A DNA stretch of 46,421 nt, counting the filler, from Jimgerdemannia flammicorona (lineage: Eukaryota), in assembly GCA_003990765.1 (NCBI GenBank). It is 2 parts of 2 records of this genome, joined end to end, with 100 filler letters (N's around TTAATTAATTAA, not from the genome) between each part and the next. Parts side by side here need not be neighbours in the genome. Positions count along the whole stretch, not along the records: positions 1 to 23,161 come from RBNJ01001144.1; 1 more part is not named here. The stretch is one strand, 5' to 3'. Below the pieces are notes generated by a model, which was given only the letters and a program-made list of their open reading frames with translations, did not search any database and was not told where the DNA came from. The position numbers were made by a program, and so were the translations under genes. Positions 1-9,430 of this stretch are shown in pieces (within the stretch, counting starts at the first letter, position 1; every line of letters starts with the position of its first letter).

Positions 1-79
<79 letters not shown>
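1..79 (+). repeat. Poly(A) tract, probably the tail of a LINE lying left of the window, or a homopolymer artefact
   Basis: 79 consecutive A. The run sits exactly where the homologous Gypsy A copy has a T5 run (44768-44772, opposite strand). Confidence 0.6.
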
Positions 80-82
<3 letters not shown>

Positions 83-1164
83 GTATTTATAGGCTAATAT
101 CTTCCTTATATATTTTGGCATAATAGTGAAAGATCACTCCCTTATATAGAACAAGAGCCTAATTCTGATCTTGATCAATGAGTTGATGGTTTGAACTCCT
201 CTGGCTTTGAAAGTCTTATAGATGAGTAGTAACTGGTACTATATCTCTTAGAGAATAGTCTAGACAGATTGCTTGCTAGTTATGGAATATGCTATTATGA
301 TTCACAGACTAGAATCTCACAGGTAGTCATTATGTTTTACTTCTCTTATATAGGTTTATGGTACTTCTTGAGTCTGTTACTGTGTACTGTAGTAGACAGT
401 ATAGTCGCTGAGAGTTTTCTAAGTCAGAAGGTAGTTCTTTTGATATCTTATATATAGAAGAGTCCTTTCCATTTGGGCTCCAGTTTTCATGACTATGAGA
501 CTTCTACTATTTTTGATACAGTAAGACCTTTTCTCTAATTTGGATGGGTTCTAGAGTCTTGTGATTCTTTTCTACATTCTTCTTTATCAGTGCTTGTAAC
601 TTGATGATGTAATCTTCAGCCTTCTTTCTGATTTGGTATCATCTCCAGATTTCTGAGTCAATCTATCTCTAAGTTAGGTCTAGATTTGTGGCTGAGATTC
701 CATCAGAATTATCTTCTCTGAAGAGCAGTTCTCTTGGGGTAAAGTATATACTCTGTGACCATATATATATCTTATAGGACAGAGAGGGCAGTTGGGAGAT
801 AGTTATCCCAATTGTCATATATATTTGAGATCTTTGCCAGGATGTTCTTGAGGGTCTTTTTGGTTCTTTCTATCTATCCATTTCCTTGAGGGTAGTATAT
901 AGTGGTCTTGATATGTTAAATCTTGTATTTCTGATACATTATCTTATAGAATCTATAGACAAATTCTGTGCTATAGTCTGTGGTAATTTGTCTTGATATC
1001 TTATAGCAGCAGATGATTTCTTGATACAGAAAGTTGACTATAGAGAGAGCATTGACTTCTTGTAATACTCTTGCTTCTATCTATTTGGTAAAGAGATCTA
1101 TAATAACTATAATATAGTGGTTTCCTGATAGTGTTACTGGTAGTAGTCTAATGATATTCATTGT

Positions 1165-1470
1165 TAGTGCTCTGAACGAGTCAATTCAAATCAAATCCAG
1201 ATTCGATTTGTTATATGACAGTTTGATCTGAATCTCAAATCTGAAGCCATCCAAATCAACTTGGATTAATCTGAATCACCCCATCTGAATCACTCCATCC
1301 AAATTACCCATCCAAACTACCCCAATCTGAATCACTCAATTCAAATTACTCAATCCAAATCACTCAATCCAAATCACTCAATCCAAATCCTACAATTTGA
1401 ATCCTCTAATTTGAATTCTCCAATCTGAATTCTCATCCAAATTCTTCAATCAAATCCTCCAATCCAAATC
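1165..1470 (+). repeat. Left TIR and subterminal short repeats (ATCC(G)AATCAC-like)
   Basis: Tandem ~13-14 nt units such as atccaaatcactca and atctgaatcacccc. The same array occurs at about 9004-9340. Confidence 0.8.
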
Positions 1471-1569
1471 CTCCACATAACTCATATGCCAGATACATCC
1501 ACAACACAATATATATATATGCATATACAATGTATATATACATATATATACACAAACATATAAATATAT

Positions 1570-4158
1570 ATGTTGACAGATCAATCTTCAACAGTTCACA
1601 GTACTGATGATGCTTCAAGTCAAACATCCCTGATAGTTCCACACCTTCTATGTAATCCTTGCTCCAAAATCTAGCAATATTGTACTAAGATAGGAGATGA
1701 TGTTATTTGTAATTATTGTAGGTAAAAAATTAAGATGCACCTATTGACACTTTTTGTTTTGACATACATATGATATTGTTTCATCCACCCCCATAAACTG
1801 CACCAGCCAGATGTTCAAAATGCTTAGTGGTATGACTTCAAACATGAATCAACACATAAAAGACAAGCATTCTGACAAAATCAAAAAGAATATGGAGATA
1901 AATAAAATTGACATTCAAGCTGTAGTGGGTATATTTATCTGATTGTCTGACCATTTCTATACCAACAATGCCATTTAATCAAAAATATTTAGCCATACTC
2001 TTTGGCAGAATTTTGAAATTGGCTCATTCGCTGGATTGTGTGCACAGACCAGTCATTCACAACCATCAAGAGTGATCAATTGCATAGTATCTTTGGCCTC
2101 CTCAAGTATGATTTATATTTGCCAAGTACTGATACTATTCACAAAGATGTCCTGGAGGCCTATAGAAAGGAGCATAACAATCTCCACCAGATACATCAGA
2201 TAAAATAAGGGCAGTACCATGACCTTTGCAAGCTGAATTATACAAAAGAGCTCACCAATTTAACCTCACATACAATAAGCAGAATTCAGCAGGCAAAATT
2301 TCATTTATGATTGACACATAGACATCTTCCAATGCAATTTCATTTCTGGACATTACTGGTTATTGGATTGATCTCAATTGGTAGCTTAAATCTCTTACCC
2401 TTGACTTCATCAAACTTGCTAGCTCTCATTCTGGAGACAACATCATAGATGCTTTTATTAATTATATCCAGGAGCTTGAGATCACAACCAAGGTAAAAAA
2501 GGGGAACTTGCCATCAGATCAGCATTTTGAGAGAGGTCCTAAAACAAACCAGATTTTATTGGTTATTTATTTTCACATAAATTTGCTGATTGAATATTTT
2601 AAGTATAGATTTTGGCTATTATGATGGACAATACTACAAACAACTCAATATTTTTCAAATTTTTAGTGGCCAGCCTCAAACAGGAAAATATGGCCTTTGG
2701 TATAGAAAGCTACCATATATGATGCCAGGCCCACATACTGAACCTTGCTGTTCAGGACTATCTTACACATGTAAACAAAACATCTGAGAGAGGAGGGGCT
2801 CTGAGTATAATTTCCAAGCTGCACAAACTGGTTGTATCAGTCTGATCATCCTCACAATAATGAGACAAATTTACTACACAGTGTAGAGTAATCAGTTTAG
2901 CTCCAAAAGAGCTTATATTGAATGTCTGTATGTATTGGAACTCAATATTTACAATGATCCAGCACACACTGGAGTTTGCTGTGGTATGTATCCTTTTTTT
3001 CTTCAGTTGGCTGAAGCAACTTGTTTCGGATGATTGAAGATTTATTTTTAAAAAAAAAAACAAAAAACAAAAAAAGCCAATAGATTCAACAGTGGCTGCC
3101 GACAAGGAAATATGGGCTGAGGCTCTAGGTGAAAGTGAGTGGGATGTACTTAGGAATATTGTTAGAGTTTTGGAAGTAAGTGGTGATTGCTCTGGCTCTA
3201 CACTCATTTTGTCAGCCTCTACACTCATTTTGTCTGCCTCTACACAATGCAATACCTCACCACATATAACTACCAGTGTTTCAATAATTGTATGAAGGAT
3301 ATAGTCAAACAAACGACTCTGACAATAAGCTCAGCAATACCAGTATACAACCTTCTAATTGACTGGCTAGAGGACAAGCTCAAGGATAGACTAGAGAGTT
3401 GCAGTGATTTATAGTTGAGCTCAGATCACAGAGATGCCATGGAGGTTGCTCTTAGCATGCTTAGAAAGTACTACTCCCAAACAGATACCACCATATACTC
3501 AATCAGTACAGATATGTCAATGTTGGCATGTGGCTATTGAAGCTTCCAAAACAGAGAAACCCTCACAAAAACTCACTCTCTCCTTTTCTTTGAACAGTGC
3601 TGGACCCATGCTTAAAGCTACAATACTATAAAGATCAGGGCTGGGAGCAGTACTTCATTGAGAGAACTAAGCAGGCCATAATCGAAATATACTGGAAAAA
3701 CTATATGCTGCCACAAGGTTCCAGTCGAAGTCTGGACAAATATGCCAAGAGATCCCTCCTGTCCCACATTTACTTCAGCAGAAAGAGAAAGAGGGAGCTG
3801 TCAGTGGAAGAGCTGCCATCAATAGATGAACTTACTATTTATCTCACCAGTGATCACATAATCCTGCTGGAGGGTGCAGAGGTGCTCAACTGGTAGAAAG
3901 TGGATTGTCAGGTCAATTTAACCCACCAATCTAACCACTGCTCTACCCACCAGAGCATGTAGCTGCATCAAACAGACTTCTCCAGCCTATGTGGTAGGAC
4001 TCAGGACTACCTGGTGATTCCTGCCTCCAGTGCTCCCATCGAGCAGATGTTCTCAGGTAGGGTGGACCTTGGTGCCCCAAAGAGGTGTGTGCTGAACACT
4101 GAGAAAATCTGGGTATATATATATGTGTCTGAAGTCTTGGTGGGGCTCAGGCTGCTAA
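1570..4158 (+). pseudogene. Decayed intron-containing hAT (Ac-like) transposase
   Basis: Reconstructed with the help of copy 2. BED finger (SKIWQH...CNYC split by an intron from TSNMNQHIKDKH), LIRWIVCTDQ.FTTI, ISF.IDTW, DNATNN, CQAH.LNLAVQ, WNS, LDP.LKLQYY and C-terminal RDYLV.PASSAPIE..FS...KR..L...CLKSW. Multiple premature stops and several GT-AG introns. Confidence 0.93.
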
Positions 4159-4293
4159 AATTTGGTAGGTCCTGGGGGTTTGTGGATAAGTTGGTTGGCC
4201 TTGTGGAATATTTAATACCTTTCAAAAATAATAAAAAGGTAAAAAACTCTAAGGACTCAGCCTGGAGTTTGCAGGGTTGGCAGCAGTAGCAAA

Positions 4294-4955
4294 GGGAGTG
4301 CACAATGTTTGTAGCCCTCCACCAGCAGTAAGGGGCAGCCCCAAGCTGTCAGTACCTAGGTCAGTGGGCAGGTTGGTGGGTGGGCACAGTATTGGTAGAG
4401 AGAGCACACAAAATTTGCAGCCCTCCACTAGTAGTAAGGGGCAGCCTCAAGCCATAAGTGTCCCAGTCAGGGGGGTTGGCGGAGGGGGGGTTGGCAGAGG
4501 GAGTGTGCAAAACTTGCAGCTCTCCACCAGTAGCGAGGGGCAGCCCCAAGCTGTCAGCACTCAGGTCAGTGGACAGGGTCAGTCAGTAGGGTTGGTGGGC
4601 ACAGAGTTGACAGAGGGAGCACACAAAATTTGTGGCCCTCTACCAGCAACAAGGGGCAGCTCCAAGCCGCAAGTGTTTGGGACAGACAGGGCAGGCAGAG
4701 AGAGCATGCAAAATTTGTGGCCCTTTGCCAGCAGTAAGGAGCAGCCCTAAGCTATCAGCACCCAGATCAGTGGGTGGGGTCAGTTGGTGGGGTTGGTGGG
4801 CATAGAGTTGGCAAGGAAGTGCACAAAATTTGTTGCCCTCTACCAGTAGCAAGGGGCAGCCCCAAGCCACAAGTGTCCAGGATGGGTGGGGCAGATGGAG
4901 AGAGTATACAAAATTTGCAGCCCTCTGCCAGTGGCATAGGGGCAGCCCCAAGCCA
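4294..4955. repeat. GC-rich internal repeat array of 7 copies of a ~55-nt core with G-rich spacers
   Basis: Core GGGAGYRYRCAAAATTTGYRGCCCTCYRCCAGYRGYRAGGGGCAGCCCCAAGC at about 4294, 4400, 4499, 4615, 4700, 4815 and 4900. Confidence 0.9.
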
Positions 4956-5282
4956 CCAAGGAGTCTGGGGCAGAGAGTGCTTCTGGCAGTCAGAGGGTGC
5001 TTCCAATAGTTGAAGTCTACCACAGATTTGGACCCCATCACCAGTTCAGGTCTCATGGGCACCCTGGCCCTACACTGCAGTACCATACTGGTGGCACTGC
5101 AGAGCAGAACCAAGGAGCCAGTAGGGCTCTGCATAATGGCTAAGCTAGTGCTACAGAAGAGGCACCCAGCCCAACCCCCCTACATAAGACTGCCCAACTC
5201 ACACAAAATGACTACCTAACCCTCACAAAAGACTGCCTATCCCTCATGAAATATTGTCTAACCCTCACAAAAACTGCTCTAC

Positions 5283-7354
5283 CTACCAGTTCCAGGCCTT
5301 GAGGAGCCTATCATCTGTTGTGAGTGTGATGACTATTGTGTCCAAGCTCTCCTTGAAGGTGACGGTACTGTAGTGGTTGTGTAGTTGGAAGAGGATGGCC
5401 ATATTGGCTGCAAACAGGACACCAAAACTGTAGATAAGGTCATACCAGACTCTCTGCTATCATCCCAGATTGGGCCCTTCCTTTCTGAGATGTAAAAAAT
5501 TACTGGGGTGACATTGCTGTCTGTGTGTGTGAGCAGAGAAATATTACATCCAATGTATCCTGATGTGATATGAGTGTATAGTTGGGTGAACTCTTGGCCC
5601 AGGACCTTATACTGCCAGACTGTACTGGTGGATGTCTACTCTTGGTCTAGCCCTGGGAGCCCCAGCTTAAATACTTGCCAAAACAGACAGCAACTGGTCA
5701 GTTCTTTTTGCATATGGGGGAGCAGAAACCCCCTGGGCTACAGAAATCCCCCAGGCCACAGAAATCTCCTGGGCTGCAGCACCCCAAAAAAGTGGAGCTC
5801 CTTACCTCATATGGCATGCTAAATTGTACCAATAATGTACATACAGCTGCACTGAGATCACCACTAAGCTGGCCTGCCATACACCCTATCAATCTGCTCA
5901 AAGAACCCCAGACCATAGCCACCATCACTGTACAGGTCATGTCATACTCACATGCAGTTTGCTCTTCAACAGCACTTCTAAAGTTCTGGTAGGGGTACAG
6001 AATCTTATGCATTCCTGGAATTGTATCAAAAAGAGTATGTTGGCAAAGAGTGTGATTTATCTAGGGAGGAGAAAAAAAAAAAAGGGAGATAAGTGTGGGG
6101 GATTTCAGAACTCCAGAACCCACCCTTTGCCAGTATTGAAATATACCCAATTCTCATCCAAACCCCCCCTCCTTGCTTTTTTCGCCCCCTCTTTCCTACC
6201 ATCTGGTATTTGATACAATCCTCACAAATCTCATTGATGTGGCAGTGAAGCTTATTGCCATAGAGGTTCCTTACCACCATCGCAACCACCTCTCTGCATT
6301 CGTTAATAAAGATATGGTTCTCTTCATCATTGGTTACTCCTGCTGACCAATGGACCCCTTAGTCAAGATCAATTGGCTCTGATTCGAATGTAGACCCCCA
6401 AGCCTTGATGACAATACTGGTACTGCTCATACTGAACATCTTGCCCTCAAATTTCTCTATTTGATCAGACACCAGATATGGTTGAACTCAGGTAACTTTG
6501 AACTCTCCTTTCCAATGGAACTGAGCCCTGATCTGAGGGACCAAGATAAGTATGTGGATGGGTTGCATGCAGATGGGTTGCATGTGGATGGGTTGCATGT
6601 GAGCAAGTTGTATGTGGGTGGGTTGTGTGTAGGTGTGGGTGTTTTTTAGGAGGAGACTATGTAAAAAATAAAATTAAATAAAACATAGAGATGGGTATTT
6701 TAGAAAAAGAGCATGAGTGAGTGAGTGAGTGAGCTGTATACCAATGAGTTGCACACCAACAAGTTGCACAAGTTGCACAAGATTACACATGAAGGCCTGC
6801 TTCTGTTCCTTTTGAGACCTCTGCCATGCGATGCATTGACTCAATAGCTCAGCCACCAAAGGCATGCCCTGCAATATCCTCCAACCTTTCTTCATCTTGA
6901 CCAGATGTTGTGAATAAAGTCAGCAGATCTCACCATAGAGCTGTGGACCCTAAGAAGAGCACAAGGTGAATCAGGTCATGCTGGGGAAATTTAAACAAGT
7001 AAAAAGTAGTGGCAGAAAAGAGCAACCTATATCTACTACTGACTGCTCCAAAAAGGCTGCTGCATATATAGCTGTGAGGTTTGTGAATTCTGAGGTCTAA
7101 AGGGCTGCTGTGAGTTGTTGCTGAAATTCACCCTCATCTCTACCATCACTGTTGCCATTGTCATCACCACTGTCATCACTCCTTTGGCTCTCAATGAGCG
7201 GCTTGTGTACTGCCTATATGAGAAAGAATCTAACATTGTCAGCAGAGAGTGTATTTCCACCTTGAATACTCCTTCTTTTGATAATCATTATAGGGTAAAA
7301 AATGAGTAGACTGGACCAATGTATGAATTAAGGGCTGCTGTTTTGTTTGCTCAT
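5283..7354 (-). pseudogene. Decayed spliced cargo gene, putative TET/JBP-like 2OG-Fe(II) dioxygenase (copy 1)
   Basis: Minus-strand frames are conserved with copy 2. Upstream exon: NHIFINE.REVVAMVVRNLYG.....INEICEDCIKY..VGKRGRKKQGGGVWM.IGY. Last exon: N ISLLT H-T-D (5527-5519) ... SGGVWYD..YGFGVLF..N.AILFQ..(D/N)-H (5375-5373)-Y-S-T-V-T. Exon limits and start codon are approximate. Confidence 0.62.
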
Positions 7355-7496
7355 AATGTAGCAGAAAAGAACAAAGAAAAAGAACAAAGAAAAGAGAGAG
7401 AACAAAAGAAAGGGTGATGTTACTAAAGTATAGCAGGAAAAAAAAAAACAAGAGTGAAATGAACAAAAGAAAGGGTGATGTCACCAAAGATTTCAA

Positions 7497-7677
7497 TTTG
7501 GATAGATTAATCTGGATGGATTAATCCAGATGGATCAATCTGGATCAATCTGGATGGATCATCCAGATGGATCAATCTGGATCAGATCACAAGACCAACC
7601 CAAGTTGATATGAATCTATCACATAATGAACCTGAATCAAATCTCATCTGGATCAACTCCATTCATTTGAAGTACTA
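7497..7677 (+). repeat. Right subterminal repeats (TGGATCAATCCAGA-like) and right TIR
   Basis: Tandem GGATCAATCT/CCAGATGGAT units. The same array occurs at about 15830-16056. Confidence 0.8.
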
Positions 7678-7874
7678 TTCATTGTAATGTGGTGGAAGGG
7701 GTCTGAATACCTGGTCTTACTGATCTTGTTTCTGTTTTTAGCACTTGTCACACTCTTTGACAAATTGGTACAGATCTTCTTCTATCTTAGACCAATATGG
7801 TTCTTCTTACTTTGTTATATATATTAGTTCCTCCTAAGTATCCTTGTTCATATACTTCTTTCATTACTTGATAC

Positions 7875-8298
7875 TAGTGCTCTCAAATGAGTTGAATCAA
7901 TTCGAATTGAATTGAATTGAGGGTTAAATGAGTCAAATTGAATTGGGGATTTTTCAATTCAAATCAATTCGAATCAAATCAAAAGTTGAATCAAATTGAG
8001 GGTCTGATTTGAACCCTAATTTTCAAAATGCAATAACTCAGCATAAACACATCCAAAACTAACATACTTTAGCATGTTAGAATCACATTAATATGGTGAA
8101 TCTAACAAGCTAAAATATGTTAAATTTGGATGAGTTTTCGTCGAGTTATTATATTTTGAAAATTAAGGTTTGAATTGAACTTCGAATTGAATTGGACCTT
8201 TGATTTGATTTGAATTGAATTGAATTGGACCCTTGATTCGATCGAATTGAATCGAGTTTGGGTCAAATTCGATTCGATTTGATTTGTTGGGAGCACTA
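7875..8298. mobile_element. Non-autonomous hAT MITE, copy 1 (424 bp)
   Basis: TIRs TAGTGCTC/GAGCACTA. Perfect 8-bp TSD CTTGATAC at 7867-7874 and 8299-8306. Decayed TCGAA pentamer repeats and an internal palindrome. Confidence 0.96.
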
Positions 8299-9430
8299 CT
8301 TGATACTTCTTATATTTAGATATTATGAGCTTTCCTCCTCTTCTGAGTGTAGTATTGTCTAGTTCAAATTTTTTCCAAGTCTGGTTGATGATGGTAATAG
8401 TTTAGGGTTCAAGATGGTTGAGCATCTTCTGCTGCTCAAGGTAGCTAATTAATCTATAGTATAGCTCCTTATTCATGTTAAATAGTCTTGATGGGGTGTT
8501 TTAGAGTATTCTTAAGAGTACATCAGCATTGACATTGGTTCTTCCTGAGCAGTGCTTGATAGTATAGTCATACTCTTGCAGCCTGTAGATCTATCTGATA
8601 TATATTTCTTTAGAGTTCAGAGTATAAAATAGCTAGGCAAAAGCAGAATGGTCTGTTTGAATTATGAAGTATTTTCTAGCTAGATAGTAGTGGAACTTGT
8701 CTACTGTCCAGACTACTGCTAAGCATTCTAGCTTATATGACTTATAGTTCTGTTCTGCTCCACAGGTACCTTGGCTTGCATAGGAGATGACATATTTATG
8801 TCCATCTTTCTTCTGAGCTAAAAATGCTCTATAGTACTTATATTTATCTATAGGATGAACTCTAGGTTCCAATCTGGTCTTCTGAGGATAGATACTTGGG
8901 TCAATCTGATCTTGAGTTTATTGAAGGTTTCTTGATATTTCTTGATCCATTTGAGTTTGGTCTCCTTTTTTAGTAGCTTGTAGATAGGTACTATAATGTT
9001 GGATAGTGCTCTGAGCAAGTCAATTCAAATCAAATCCAGACTCAATTCATCACATGACAGTTTGATCTGAATTTCAAATCTGAAGCCATCTGAATCAACT
9101 TGGATTAATCTGAATCACCCTATCTGAATCACCCCATCCAAATCACCCATCTGAATCACCCCAATCCGAATCACTTAATCTGAATCACTCAATCTGAATC
9201 ACTCAATCTAAATCACTCAATCCAAATCACTCAATCTGAATCCTCCAATTTAAATCCTCCAATTTGAATCTTCCAATTCAAATCCTTTAATTCAAATCCT
9301 CATCCAAATCCTTCAACTGAATTCTCCAATCCAAATCCTCTACATGACTCATATGCTGGATATATCTATACACATATATATATAATATATATCCACATAT
9401 ACACATGTATACACAAACATGCAAACATAC

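Larger units (their letters stand above)
1165..7677 (+). mobile_element. hAT-superfamily DNA transposon, copy 1 (transposase plus cargo gene)
   Basis: TIRs TAGTGCTC... and ...AAGTACTA (decayed GAGCACTA). Perfect 8-bp TSD TTCATTGT at 1157-1164 and 7678-7685. hAT transposase motifs inside. Confidence 0.96.
80..9003 (-). mobile_element. Fragmented Ty3/Gypsy family A copy (RNase H, integrase, 3' region) in segments 80-1164, 7686-7874 and 8307-9003
   Basis: The reverse complement aligns collinearly with about 42765-44767 once the hAT and MITE insertions are removed. ORF 8633..8872 gives the RNase H motif AQKKDGHKYVISYAS...YKLECLAVVW...IIQTDHSA. Confidence 0.93.

Noticed and set aside
2758..3312. 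184-aa minus-strand ORF
   Set aside because: It is antisense to transposase exons and introns, and is truncated to 84 aa in copy 2.
4294..4955. CRISPR-like repeat-spacer appearance
   Set aside because: The spacers are related to each other (two alternating types), the repeats are long and degenerate, there are no cas genes, and the context is a eukaryotic transposon.
4277..5134. Overlapping 60-200 aa ORFs on both strands (also 12040-13122)
   Set aside because: They fall in the GC-rich repeat array, are open in several frames at once, and their frames and ends are not conserved between the two hAT copies.
7875..8298. (GAATT/GAATC)n pentamers as telomeric or satellite repeats
   Set aside because: They are bounded by TIRs and an 8-bp TSD, and are MITE subterminal repeats derived from TCGAA.
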